A DNA stretch of 64,000 bases, from contig JAWMAR010001858.1 in the NCBI GenBank assembly GCA_036785375.1, positions 124,001 to 188,000 on the forward strand. Direction: 5' to 3'. The notes under the pieces are model-generated. The model had not been told where the DNA came from. It saw only the letters and a program-made list of their open reading frames with translations, and ran no database searches. A program made the translations under genes and the position numbers. Positions 38,673 to 52,045 of the stretch are shown piece by piece. The stretch is from Leucoraja ocellata. Lineage: Eukaryota. Each line of letters starts with the position of its first letter. Position 1 is the stretch's first letter.

Positions 38673-40009
38673 TACGATGCTCGTTCAATAGATAGGTAGG
38701 TTTTCAGGGGATCAATGGATATGGGATTAATATAGAAAATTGCCACAGAGATAAAAGATCAGCCTTTTCTACCAATGGCAGAGAAAGGCTGAATGGCCTT
38801 TTCCTGCTTCAGCTCGTTAGGTTTCTTAGGAATTTCTTCTCAATGCCACAAGCCAGGTTTAAATCCATTTTTGCCACTTCCCCAACAGCTGCCAGCTGTT
38901 AACAAAGATGGGTCCATTCCTGACCATTGAACATTGGTCTTTTCCCAAAGGCAGAGTTGTGTGGTGATTAACTCACCAGACAAGCCACCAGAGTTCAGCA
39001 CCATTGATCTAAAAACATCCATTTTCTCCAGTGTTGCTGCCTGACCCGCTGAGTTATTCCAGAACTTTGTGTCTGTGCCTTCTGTGGTTGGTCATTTTTA
39101 TTGCTATTTCCAGTGAATGGACGAATAGCAGGTGACGATGAGAGCATGCACAAAATGAGACCTTTTAGTCAATTAAATGAATGAAGTGAAATTGTTATGA
39201 GCTGCATGTGATCCTCCTCACCCAGATTTCCTCCATACACTACACCTGGGGAATAGTTAAAGATCAAAGTACAAAATGAAGAAAACTTGTTTCTCTGATA
39301 TTTTGCACACATCAGTGTGGTTTAAACATTCCATTCTTAGCCCCAGTGGGCCTTTGGCTACATGGTTCATCTAATTCATATTCTCGTGTACTTTGGGTAG
39401 TATGGTAACTTTTCAGGCAAGTTTTTCAGCCGATTTCTCGTCAATTGTTTCAAAATAAATCAGATTTACACATAATTTTCAGTTATTTAGTTATTTACAC
39501 ACGTTTTTGTATGCAAATCCAAACATAGGACAAAGGCACAACCTAATCTCAGAGCGATAGTGGTTCATTTACTGGAAATCATTAATCAGAGCTTTTTATT
39601 ACTTGCCATCACATTGTTAGGTAGCCCTGACCTACCTATCTTATTCTAAGTTTGGACGTTAGAGGAAAATAACTTACCTTTTGTATATTTACATGTGTGC
39701 AGAAAAATGCAGAGCAGCAATGTCCGATTATAATTGCCACTATGGAGCCTCATGAGACTTGAGTGGGGATCAGAAATGAAGTTACTTTGGTCATTGAAGT
39801 CACTCTAAGACTCTATGACTATTCCATTTCCATATTTCCTTACCATAGCTTCACCAGCCATCTCACAGCTTCAGCGATCCGCTGCACACTGGCAATTTGA
39901 AGCATCTTCGCATCGGAAACAGAATCCATTCATTCTGGCTCGGATGAATGCAATTGTGCTCTAACATATGGAGATTGCAGACTTGTCAGCGCTCATCTGA
40001 ATTCTGTAT

Positions 40010-41120
40010 TTAGAGCATAGAACAACAGTACAGTACAAGAGCGGGCCCTTCAGCCCACAATGTCCACATCAAACATGATGCCAAGTCAAACTCTTCTTCT
40101 TTCGTGTGGCGTGCACAGCCTAAAGTTGTTGGACAACTTGTTCTATTTGATGTGTTCAAGAAGGAACTGCAGATGCTGGAAGATCAAAGGTACACAAAAA
40201 TGCTGGAGAAACTCAGCGGGTGCAGCAGCATCTATGGAGCGAAGGAAATAGGCGACGTTTCGGGCCGAAACCCTTCTTCAGACTGAAAGGGGGTGGCGGG
40301 GAGAAGGAAGGAAAAAGGAGGAGGAGGAGCCCGAGGGCTGGGGGATGGGAGGAGACAGCCCGAGGGCTAAGGAAGGGGAGGAGACAGCAAGGGCTAACAA
40401 AATTGGGAGAATTCAATGTTCAAGCCCGCAGGCTGCAGACTCCCCAAGCTCAAGAAGTTCTTTCAGACTGAAGAAGGGTTTCGGCCCGAAACGTCACCTA
40501 TTTCCTTCGCTCCATAGATGCTGCTGCACCCGCTGAGTTTCTCCAGCATTTTTGTGTACCTTTGTTCTATTTGATCTTCCGTTTGTGCACGTCGAATTGA
40601 TTGCATTAGTCAAAACAGGGCAGAAGGTTGCAATCTTCCACCCCCCAAGTCAGTTTGATCTCATCTGTCTATATTTGATCCACAACCTTCCATACCTTGC
40701 ACTTTTATGTGGCTATCTAAACCCTCTAAAATGCCACCATCGGATCTGCCTCCAGCACCACCCATGACAATGCATTCCAGGCCCCATCACACGTTTAAAA
40801 AAACTTACCCCGCACATCTCTAATAAACTTCTCCACCCCCCCCCCCCCCCCCCCCCCTCACCTTATAACTATGCCCTCTAGTATTGGGCATTTACACCTT
40901 GTGAAAACGTTTCTGACTATCTACACAATCTATGCACACTATGATGTTATGTACTTCCATCAAGTCTCTTTATAACCTCCAATGTTCCAGAAAAAACAAT
41001 CCAAGTTTATCCAATCTCACCTTGTAGCTGAAACCCTCTAATCCAGGTAGCATTCTGGAACGCATCCTCTGCACCCTCTCCAAAGCCTCCACGTCCTTCC
41101 TATAATGGGGCAATCACAAG
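40010..41120 (-). mobile_element. Decayed CR1 3' region interrupted by a Penelope insertion
   Basis: agaacaacagtacagtac...ggcccttcagcccacaatg; tctgcaccctctccaaagcctccac. Confidence 0.7.
40152..40561. mobile_element. Inverted Penelope structure: antisense tail, hammerhead and ORF end, followed by a sense hammerhead unit
   Basis: Minus core at 40275-40281 and plus core at 40468-40474. The antisense part is homologous to 29395-29655. TSD ttgttctatttgat at 40138-40151 and 40562-40575. Confidence 0.92.
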
Positions 41121-41496
41121 TGCACACTGTAATTTTCTTCCAAATATCACTGTGCTCCATCATAACATTTTATAAACTTCAAAAATATAAGGCAGCCAAT
41201 GTATTGTCATGTATGGACATTTAAAATATTATACAGAAATGAAGGATAAATTACCATTTCAAAAAAGCTCCTCTCTCAATGATTGGCATGAACATTCAGA
41301 GTTCGACAATTGCCAAAGCTACCATTTACCTTTGATAGAATTGTCAATAGAGTTTAATATGACATTGTATCATGTAATTTACTCTGTTAGGACTGTAGAT
41401 ATATAGTGAAAATGAATATGCTCATATTAAAATGGCATTCTATCGCATGGTACATATTGCAATTAGGCTATTGGACAGGTGGCTGACAAAAATATG

Positions 41497-41581
41497 GTTT
41501 TGGCCCGAAACGTTGCCTATTTCCTTCGCTCCATAGATGCTGCTGCACCCGCTGAGTTTCTCCAGCTTTTTTGTGTAACCA
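41497..41581 (+). mobile_element. Penelope unit truncated within hammerhead stem II
   Basis: ggcccgaaacgttgcctatttcc...tgtgtaacc. Perfect TSD ctgacaaaaatatg at 41483-41496 and 41582-41595. Confidence 0.9.
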
Positions 41582-42039
41582 CTGACAAAAATATGTTGGA
41601 TTGCTAGCTCTCTACAGTAATGTTTTACGGTTTCCTGAAAGGCTTATTTTCCTGCCTCTACACCTTCCAATATATTTATCTGGCTCAACCAGAATAAGAC
41701 AAATAAGACAGTATTACAGATCCACACCACATTCAGAAGTTACCCTAAAATTTTGAACGACTTAAAATTTCTACTGCATCTTAAAATTAAAGTTAAGCTA
41801 AGAGAATCGCATTCCACAAAACCCTGTTGAACATGAGGTAGATTGTAGAGATATTCGGTTTATCCCACGTGGAGCTCTTAACTTCCAGTAAATTCCTTTT
41901 TTTCTCTGTTTCTTTCCTTTGCCAAAACCTATCTCCAAATTTTCAGTCCAATTGTTCTGAAGTTGGAGGCACAAACGGGCCCTAAATGGAAGCCATCATT
42001 ATTTATTTATTCCCCAGCCCTGGAATAGGTGTTCCTCTC

Positions 42040-42375
42040 AGGCTATCCTTTGGAATCGAGGATGACTTGCTTCACGTCGGTTTTGTGGGTTCGGAGGTGA
42101 ATGTGGGGAGCATAGACTCTTCCACAGATAGGCTGGCGGATTGGGAGTTTGTATGGTGGTGTGTATCTTCTACCACTTACCCAGGGCTACTGTGGACTCC
42201 TCAGGCACATCTAGGAAGTTCTCAGTATCATCCCGAATTATTTTTCTCCACTACATGTGGTCAGGGAACAGTGGCTCCCAGCACACAATGGGGATGTAAC
42301 AATGGAGATGTAACATTTCTGAGCACATCCTTGAGTCTTCTTCACCAATTGCCTGTTGATCTCTTCCCATGACAG
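42040..42375 (-). mobile_element. Probable old RTE-type LINE 3' fragment
   Basis: tcgaggatgacttgcttc...gtgggttcggaggtga, with a similar decayed copy at about 19545-19720. Family assignment is from pattern memory only. Confidence 0.4.
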
Positions 42376-42944
42376 AGGTGGGAATAGAGTGAATGGCAGC
42401 AGGCTATTGACAGAAAAGGACTTAAAATTCCGGAAGGACTTTGACCCTACTTGATATCCAGCAGAGCTGGTCACCAAGGTCAACCACAGGAACCCCGGCT
42501 ACTGTTACTGAGAGGGCTGAAATTCATCTTTAAATTGAACTTCAATCATGTGCATTACAATATTGCACTAAGCCATGCCATGGACTCCACTCCTGCAGGT
42601 GACCTTGAAATATTTCCATGGCATTGAGTTTAGTTTGGAAACAAAGGATGTCTTTCATTCCAAAGAAAAAATTGAAATTTATTTCTCATTATTGGGTTTT
42701 CTCTGCCAGACTGGAAAAGCAACACAAGGATATAAAGAAACCATCATTATTCAAACAAGGGCAAGGACTGTTCTCTCAGCTCTGTTTGATCGGTAGTGTT
42801 TCATGGCCGCGCCACTTGATACAGCATCAGTACCATAGTGTCAGCAAATTCTGAGAAAACCATGCAAGCATTTATCATTATAGAGACAAAATGACAGTAT
42901 GTTGGCATTGCACCTTCACTGCAGCAGCAGAAGCACAGTATGAC

Positions 42945-43240
42945 TTTAGACATACAGAGCGGAAACAGGCCCTTCGGCCCACCGAGTCGGCATCGACCAG
43001 CAATCAACCTGTACACTGATACTATCCTACACACTTGGGACAATTTACAATTTTTTTACCAAAGCCAATTAACCTACAAACCTGTATGTCTTTGGGTGTG
43101 GGAGGAAATTGGTGCACCCATGGAAAACCCACGTGGCCACAGGGAGAATGTGCAAAACTCCATACAGACGGCACCTATAGTCAGGATCGAACCTGGGTCA
43201 ATGAAGCTGTAAGGCAGCAACATTACCACTGTGCTACCCT
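42945..43240 (-). mobile_element. HE1-type V-SINE
   Basis: ggaaacaggcccttcggccc...gtcaggatcgaacctgggtc...gtaaggcagcaac. Confidence 0.87.
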
Positions 43241-43694
43241 TAATGCTTTACATATTGAACACCAAACCCAACCAGTGAAGGTAATGAGCTGAAGGGTGTA
43301 ACCATCACTACTTCTTTTTTCCGGTACTCAATGGTCTATGACCAACTGCATATCTTTGAGTTCAATGTTGAGATCAGTCTGTAATTCACTTTGCTGTCAG
43401 CCTTAACAATCCAGATTGCAAAATAGCAAAGCACCTGCTCTGATTACAAAAGCCTCATAGATTACTTTGGAAATGTGCATTCTTCCAACGTAACAGAGCA
43501 TTTCTTTCCTCCAGAATGCAAGAGGCTAACGTTCTATTCACAGAACATTTGTATCAATTTCTAAAAGTTACTAAGCAAAGAATTTAAATTAGTTCTGATA
43601 CTTATTTTTTAAACTGCTAAGTTGGATTGATTGTCCGGAGGTTGTTGCCAGTTGCCCGCCGCTCACACTCACCTCTGGTCTATGTGATGGATAC

Positions 43695-44262
43695 GTAAGG
43701 TCATAAAGAATAGTAAAATTAGGCCATTTGGCCCATCACTCATGGCTGATCTATCTCTCCCTCCTAACCCCATTCTCCTGCCTTCTCCCCTTAACCACTG
43801 ACAACTGTACTAATCAAGAATCTATCTATCTCTGCCTTAAATATATCCACTGACTTGGCTGAATTCCACAAATCACCACCCTCTGACTAAAGACATTTCT
43901 CCTCATCTCCTTCCTAAAAGTACGTCCTTTAATTCTGAGGCTATGACCTCTAGTTCTAGACTCTCCCACTGGTGGAAACATCCTCTCCACAGCCACTCAA
44001 TCCAAGCCTTTCCCTATTCTGTATGTTTCAATGAGGTCCCCCTCATTCTTCTAATATCCAACGAGTACAGGCCCAGAGCCAACAAACGCTCATCTTAGTT
44101 AACCTACTAATTCCTGAGATAATTCTTGTGAACCTCTAGAGCCACCACATCCTTCCTCGGATACGGTGCCCAAAATTGCTCACAATATTCCAAATGCGGC
44201 CTTACCAGCACCCTATAGAGCTTCAACATTACATCCCTGTTTTTTGTATACAAGCTTTTGTT
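43695..44262 (-). mobile_element. CR1 LINE 3' part
   Basis: Antisense CR1: ctatctctccctcctaaccccattctcc...cacaatattccaaatgcggccttacc. Confidence 0.85.
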
Positions 44263-47200
44263 TATTCACTAATTTTGATGTGTCAATAAGTACCACCATT
44301 AACCTAAATAGTGAAGCCCTGCGCGTCTTAAGCAACTGTACGGTGCCTGGACAAACACGTGCAGGTTGATAAGGTGGTTTTACCAGTGCCCATGCTGTAC
44401 AATGTGCTTTGTCATTTGACTTCACAAGGAAACTAACTTAGATACACTTTTGGGAAACCACCAGCATAGAGCAATCAGCAAGTTCAGGACTTATCTACTT
44501 ATGAGGGAAACTTGACCTTGGTTACATTTAATTGGAAAAATGCCAACAGTACAGAATGCAATGACCTGCATTTCTCAGCGTTCTAACCCATTAGTTTCTG
44601 GAGGCTGTTTCAATGAAAGATCTAAAAACTGGGATTGCTCTGGCAGAAGCTTTGGCTTATGGATGTAGCAAAATGTACTATAGCAAAGAAAAATCAAGGG
44701 TCTGGAAACATTGTATTAAATGTATTATGAAAATTATTTTCTGATAAAATTTTGTCATTAAAAGCTCAGTCGCAGAACAATCACAAATTCCTTTTAAAGT
44801 CCTCCATCCAAATGACATTCGGAATTATACAATTACACATGTTTGAATTCCATTTCAGCAAAGGTCAATTGTGCATGCATTATCATCAAATGCTGTAGAT
44901 CCTTCTTGTAGAAATGAGCTTTCACAACACGTGAAACGTGAAACCTCTGCAATGCAACGTAAAGGCTACTTGCTCGACCACCATCCATTGATGGGGAGTC
45001 TGGCAGTTAGAAACTCCAGATTAGTCCCTATTATACTCCCACTTACTTCTGCACAGTAGATCATCTTCAGACCCCCATTATCAGTCAACTGGCCAATTGC
45101 AATCCTAGTCGTACTCATTGGGATCCAAACGGTACCTTGGTACATTTGACAATAAACCAACCTGAACTAAACTCCACCCCCACCCCTCCCAAACCAATCA
45201 AGTCTCCCAATCCCCACTGACCAAAGCTCTGGTACTCCCACCATCCAAACCCAAATGTATTCCTCTGCTTGCTCTGCCTTAACACAGGAAAGGCCTTTGT
45301 GCACACAAACTATGCAAGAACTGTTCTATTGTCAACAATGCCTTGAACATTGTGCCCAATGGAATTTTGCAGCAGGTGGCCCGTGCACAAAACACGCATT
45401 GTCACACAATGCTGTTGGTCTAATGTGTCTTTCTTGGTATGGAACAGTTTCTCAGCCAATGTGCATTAATCCGATGCAGTACAGCACTAATGAGTACCTT
45501 GGGACAAAATTCTGTGGCAATTCGTGTTTAGAATTGGCACCATGTTCACACATGGTCTAACCTTGACACCCGGGGCCAAGCCAAAATTGGACCTTAAGGC
45601 TCACTGGTTGGTCTCAAATGTAATGTGGATGAACTGGTGGCAAGTCGTTTCTTCATACCCAACTTGTTCCCTTCTCAAAAAATAATTGTTTGCACCATGT
45701 TAGGTGGTGATCTAACAGAAAGTGGGGAGACATTGTAAGTGCAATGGACTCAATTCTTCCCAGCCCCTAGAATGTTTTTAAACATTTTAATACATTATGT
45801 TGGTGGCCACAGACCTGAAGAATCGTATAGAGAGCAGTCACAGATCCACTGATCAGCAATTGGATTTCACCAGAGAGGGCCTAAAACAAATATTATGGTT
45901 CATAACCCTGCAGGCATATCACCAGATTGTAGATGCTGATCAGGCATAGGATGTTGCATCTTGATCTGTGTCACAAAAAACGTGCCATCATGAAGTTACA
46001 TAACTAATCCAAAGTGTGCTGTAGCAAATCAATGCTGTTACAAACCCATCAAAGTAAAGGACACTACAGATATCTTTAATACACTCTTCATCAAGTGATA
46101 TAATGTTTTATAAATTGGCTATGTTGTGCATATTATTTAATGGGTTATTGTTGCAAAAAAGCTAATTAATTTAAGATTAAAAATTGTTATAGAAGTGTTT
46201 GCATTTCAAATATCAGTACAGTTAGTGATATGTCAGGTATTGGAACAGCTTTTTTGATTGTGGCCCTAGACATACAGAATGTTTTTTAATGTAATAATTT
46301 GTACTGTTGAAAGTAACCACCCTATATGCTTTGCAGAGATTTATATTTTTCATAAATGTTCTATTTATTTAAGGTTTTGTTACAAAGTTGCATTTATTAG
46401 AAAGGATAATATAAATGTGATGAGCAATAAAATGCATTGTTTATATTAATAAAAATCAGAATGGGAAAAACCCTTCTTTCAGGTTCTGAATGTAACAAAA
46501 GTAAGAGCTTGAATGTGTCACTTTAATTTTGAACACTTATAATATATTACCACATCCACTTGCTAACATCATGAATTACTTTGTAGGGAAAGGAAATTTA
46601 GGTGGCAGAGTACTTCCACTGCCGAAACTATATAATATAAATTACTCCAAATAATGATCAGGAATGCTATAATCCGGAAGCGTTGGTCCCTACGTGAAAT
46701 TGGTACATGTAATCCATTCCACTTCCAAATGGCCACTGGCCAAAACAGAAAAATAGCTCTAACTCAGTACAGTTTGACAAGTTCACTCAGGAGGATTGGA
46801 ATGCCAGCTGAAGCAAAAGGAAACGTTTCGTAACGATGCATCTAGCTAATGTTTTTTTCTCAAACTGCACTGAAGCATAAGATTAAAATGAACTATAAAA
46901 TGGCTGATCTGAAGAAACTTAATGTTGACAGCAAGTAGTTGAGTAGTTCATCGAAATAGTTCTAAAATAGTTCATCTCTCTGTTTCATGAATAGAGGGAT
47001 CATGAAACAAGGCAAGAAAATACAGAAAAACTTGGCAATACATTGAAAAGTTCCTGTGGTAATTATATTCGAGGAGACAATAACCTTCACCCACACAATG
47101 CACAGCAGCTATTTCTGTTGATAGTAAACATCTCCTCTGTTTTGATGAAGTAGGTGGAATGCTCGTTTTATACATCACTGGGAATTATTTTAAGCTGGGA

Positions 47201-47445
47201 GGCAGTCAATAGAGACCGGGAGACCAAAAATTGCTGACCTGCTATCTGCAAATTGAGAATAAAGTATCACATTTGAAATTTTAATTGTTGGGCTAGGTAT
47301 TTGAACAATGGAAATTGATGCCTAACTTGCAAACCTTTGAGGCAATCTCTCCCACCCTCACCGCCATCGTCCATTTGGTGGGGGTGAAGGGATAGAACAC
47401 AATACCTCCCTGTTGTACTGTGCTCTCGGAATGGACAAAGGAACT

Positions 47446-47769
47446 GGAAAACATGAAGGTAGTCACAAAATGCTGGAGTAAGTCAGCAGGTGAGGCAGCA
47501 TCTCTGGAGAGAAGGAATGGGCGACAATAGACAATAGGTGCAGGAGTAGACCATTCGGCCCTTCGAGCCATCACCGCCATTCACTGTGATCAAGGCTGAT
47601 CATGGAATGGGCGACGTTTCAGGTCGAGACCCTTCTTCAGTCTGAAGAAGGGTCTCGACCCGAAACGTTGCCCATTTGTTCTCTCCTGATATGCTGCCTC
47701 ACCCACTGAGTTACTCCAGCATTTTGTGTCTACCTTCGATTTAAACCAACATCTGCAGTTCTTTCCTAC
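47446..47769. mobile_element. Head-to-head Penelope hammerhead palindrome with a nested CR1 3' tail
   Basis: ...gacccttcttcag T ctgaagaagggtc... centred on 47641. CR1 tail at 47526-47603 flanked by ggaatgggcgac; outer repeat acaaaggaact at 47435-47445 and 47770-47780. Confidence 0.85.
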
Positions 47770-48265
47770 ACAAAGGAACTTGCAATCCAGGAGAGTTCCC
47801 TGTGCCTGCATAGTTCATGGCCCACCTGATCTTTGTCAACTGTAGTCCAAACTCCAAGTTGCAGTGGGCATTTAAAGATTTGACCCTATGAATACAACCT
47901 TCCCCATTTCTGGACCTATGCACTGAACTGTGTAACATTCCAAGAAAATCAGATGTCATTTTCCAAAGTTATCCAACAGAGTAATCAACTAACGTTTGCC
48001 ACTGTTTAACAGCTGTAGATCAGTTACAGAGAATCACTATATTTAGGGAACTGCAGTATCTAAGACACCGCTAAAATCATTGGGAGATACAGCACAGACC
48101 ATGTCCATGCAAACCATCCAGCAACTAATTAATTTACTTACATCTCACCTTCACTCGTTTTACTCTTCCCACATTCACATGAATGCCCACCACCCGCCCC
48201 CCCCCCCCCCCCCTCACTGCCACATACGTGCACATAAACACACATTCACACATACACATGCAACC

Positions 48266-48542
48266 ATGAATGAACAAATACATTTATTGGCCAAGTAGTC
48301 ACATACAAGGAATTTGCCTTGGTGCTCTGCCCGCGACATGACATGACCTACAGTGACAGTTAGGAATGATACATTAAACATGAATAATAAAATATTATCG
48401 ATTAAACATGTGAATTACATAAAATAACAGAAAAAAAGAAGGCAACAGATTTTTGGTTATTGAGTAGAGCTACTACTCGTGGAAAATGTTTTTATGTCTG
48501 GCTGTGGCAGTTTTGACAGTCCGGAGTTGCCTTCCAGAGGGA
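48266..48542 (-). mobile_element. Rex1/Babar LINE 3' end
   Basis: PSGRQLRTVKTATARHKNIF followed by a 3'UTR with aataaat and repeat tail. Confidence 0.75.
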
Positions 48543-49171
48543 CACACCTCACACACAGCCACACACACACACGTATGAACACAAACACACACCGCACATA
48601 TACGCACACACACACACATACGTACGTGCACACAGGCAAACACATATCCTTCTGAGTCTATCACTCATCTGAGCACGTGGGACAAATTACTTCCACACAC
48701 ACATACTTTTGGGATGTGGGAGGAACCCACAGCACCTGGAGGAAACCCTGGCAATTGCAGGAAGACCACGCAAACTCCACACAGAGAGCACCGGAGTCGG
48801 GATTGAGCTCTGTGAGACACAGGGGATTCCTTTCTGTTGCAGTGAAGTGAAACAAAACTCCAGACTCTCACATGTGCTTTGCTGAAATAATGAGACTGCG
48901 CAAATGTAAAATGCCTTGTCTGCTCGCTTAGATGTCAAATATTTTAGTTTTGAAGAAAATAAGTGAATTACTCCAAACTGTCTCACCACCAAACGAAGAT
49001 TATCACAAAGCAGTGTGTAGCAACTTACTGCACAATACAGAAGTTACCAGAGTTCAAAATCACTTTATAAAGTTTTAAATTTGCCATATAAATAAAAGCC
49101 ATTTGTTAACCAGCAGATGCTTTATCAACTACAGATGCTTTAGCCACTGACTGGAAATCTAGAAAGGGTTG

Positions 49172-49470
49172 CGGCACGGTGGCACAGTGGTAGAGTTGCT
49201 GCCTTACAACGCCAGAGGCCCTGGCTCAATGGGTGCTGTCTATACAGTGTTTATACGTTCTTCTCGTGACCACGTGGGTTTTCCCTGGGTGCTCCGGTTT
49301 CCTCCCACGCTCCAAAGACGTGTAGGTTTGTAGGTTAATTGGTTTCAGAAAAGATTGCAAATTGCCTCCAGTGTGTAGGATAGTGCTAGTGTACAGGGAT
49401 CGCTGGTCAGCGTGGACTCAGTGGGCTGGCCTGTTTCTGCACTGTATTCCCAAACTAAACTAAAACTAAA
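49172..49470 (+). mobile_element. HE1-type V-SINE
   Basis: cggcacggtggcacagtggtagagttgctgccttac...(aaact)n tail. Confidence 0.88.
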
Positions 49471-49751
49471 CCCTGGCTGTTGCCAATATGTCGCAGAAAA
49501 TGCCCAGGGTAGCTTAAAAAGAATGAGCAGTTTACTAAAGATTATGCAGCTACCTAATGATGCTCATTTCTGCCATTTCATACAACTGTGCCAGCTTTAT
49601 TAAGGGCTTCAGTTGGTACTTTCGTAAAGAAAAGAAAGAGATTGCCCTGCCACATCCCTCTCCCTCTCTCTCTATCTCTCTCTTGCTCTCGCTCTCACTC
49701 TCTCAGGCTGTCCTTTGATATCAAAGATGAATTAGAACAAATCAACATTCT

Positions 49752-50430
49752 TAAGCAGTGAAGAAAGCAAATGGTATGTTAGCATTCATAGCAAAAGGAT
49801 TTGAGTATAGGAGCAGGGAGGTTCTACTGCAGTTGTGCAGGGTCTTGGTGAGACCACACCTGGAGTATTGCGTACAGTTTTGGTCTCCTAATCTGAGGAA
49901 AGACATTCTTGCCATTGAGGGAGTACAGAGAAGGTTCACCAGACTGATTCCTGGGATGTCAGGACTTTCATATGAAGAAAGACTATATAGACTTGGTTTG
50001 TACTCGCTAGAATTTAGAAGATTGAGGGGGGATCGTATAGAAACTTACAAAATTCTTAAGGGGTTGGACAGGCTAGATGCAGGAAGATTGTTTCCGATGT
50101 TGGGGAAGTCCAGAACAAGGGGTCACAGTTTAAGGATAAGGGGGAAATCTTTTAGGACCGAGATGAGGAAAACATTTTTCACACAGAGAGTGGTGAATCT
50201 CTGGAATTCACAGTGCCACAGAAGGTAGTTGAGGCCAGTTTGTTGGCTATATTTAAGAGGGAGTTAGATGTGGCCCTTGTGGCTAAAGGGATCAGGGGGT
50301 ATGGAGAGAAGGCAGGTACAGGATACTGAGTTGGATGATCAGCCATAATTATATTGAATGGCTGTGCAGGCTCAAAGGGCCGAAAGGCCTACTCCTGCAC
50401 CTATTTTCTATGTTTCTATGTTTCTATGTT
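49752..50430 (+). mobile_element. Young CR1 LINE 3' part
   Basis: 156-aa ORF KKANGMLAFIAKGFEYRS...TRGHSLRIRG; (ttctatgt)n tail. Confidence 0.94.
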
Positions 50431-50649
50431 TGGAGTAGCTAGTATTATTTGGCAACATAAGCAATGACCTATGCAAAGTGTGACATTATGCTGGAATAAG
50501 CAGCTATTTGCATATGAAGGTGGGTCCAATTACCATTTATCATGTTGACAACAGATGCAAGAGGTCAATAACCAGAATTCATTTGATTGTTTCACAGGCA
50601 TGTATTACTCCAGTGATGGACACTGCTTCCTATGTTAATAACCAGCAAC

Positions 50650-50970
50650 ACTATGGTGCAGTTTGTATAACCTCTGCCTCACAGTGCTAGTGATCCAAGT
50701 TAAATCCTGACCTTGGGTGCTGTCGGTGTGGAATTTGCATATTCTCCCTGTGACAGTGGGGGTTTCCTTCGGTTGCTCTGGATTTCTCCCACAATTCAAA
50801 GCTGCGAGGACTGGTAGGTTAATTGACCTGTGTAAATTGTCCCTGGTGTGTAGGTGAGGGAATGTTCATGAGAATAACAATGGGTTGAACATAGGATGGG
50901 TGGGTGGTTGATGGTCGGTGAGGATTCAGTGCTGAAGAACCAGCGTCCATGCCACATCTCTCAAATTACA
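50650..50970 (+). mobile_element. Older V-SINE
   Basis: aatcctgaccttgggtgctgtcggtgtggaatttgcatattctccctgtgac. Confidence 0.75.
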
Positions 50971-52045
50971 CATTTCTATGATTTTTCATGCGCTCTTCAA
51001 AGCCTCACTGCTCAATTTAGACCTGGCATTGATCAGATAGTTCTTGCCTGAGGTTTAGTGGGGAGGTAAACAAGAGAGCTGGATCGCGCAGCATTCCAGG
51101 AAATCCTGGGCCATGGTTTCCCTTAATATTCAGCTCCACCATAAGGTCGACAATATTTAATCCTGAGATTGACTTCCACCTTGGGAAGGTCACGCCCTGA
51201 TAGCTTAATCTGAATCAATAACAAGACACAGTTACTGGACTGTAAAGGATGGCAGGTCGCCAAAAAGCGTAAGTAAGCTGTGTTCATTTTATGAAATCTA
51301 CAGTCATTGTTGATCAATTTGTTCAAAAAATGTTTTACTCTGTTACAACATGTATGTTAAAGAAGAAACCAAAGTCATTCAACAGATTTTTGCAAAAGAT
51401 CTGGAAGAGACGCAGTGTCGATAGGCAAATATGCTTTTGTTTTGAAGATTTCTCTTAATTCAGTATTTAATTTACAAAATGCAAAAGCTTAATTTTCTTC
51501 GTAGTGCACCTTTGCTTGTAACTGGAAAAACCAGTGTCTGCAAATGAGTTAGATCACACGTACCCAATCTGAATAAATATCTGGATAAGCAGGCAACCTC
51601 TTGTAGCTGGTTTAATTTTTAACTGCTTTGAGTCAGCCCTTTCTGGTAAAGGCAGCCACACTACACTGGGTGTAAGTAAACATCTATTTGCAGCAGTTTG
51701 AAAGGATGGCTTGTAAAATGATACAAGATAAATATTTACTGCATTTGCAGCCTAAGCATTCGGTTAATCACATGTTTTGCACTTTGAAATGGCAAGGCAA
51801 AATTTGAATGAAACAACAAGTCAAAATGTCAAACAATTCTTCACTGTGGCACTCAATAAAGAAAGGCACGCTACGGAAGAGGGGTGTGAACCGCAAGGTC
51901 ATGGTACCGCAAGGTTCAGATATTATTAGTTGTGTAATTTGAATAAAATAGATTGTTATAATTTAACTGACAACAACTTCCATTTGAATATCAACTTTCA
52001 TATTGGGAACTATCTGCAAATTGCTTTAATAAAGCATTGAGTTGG

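Noticed and set aside
16160-47770. Recurring short repeat with a hairpin as a CRISPR-like array
   Set aside because: Copies are dispersed in both orientations with individual TSDs and no regular spacers, in eukaryotic DNA with no cas genes. They are explained as Penelope-derived units.
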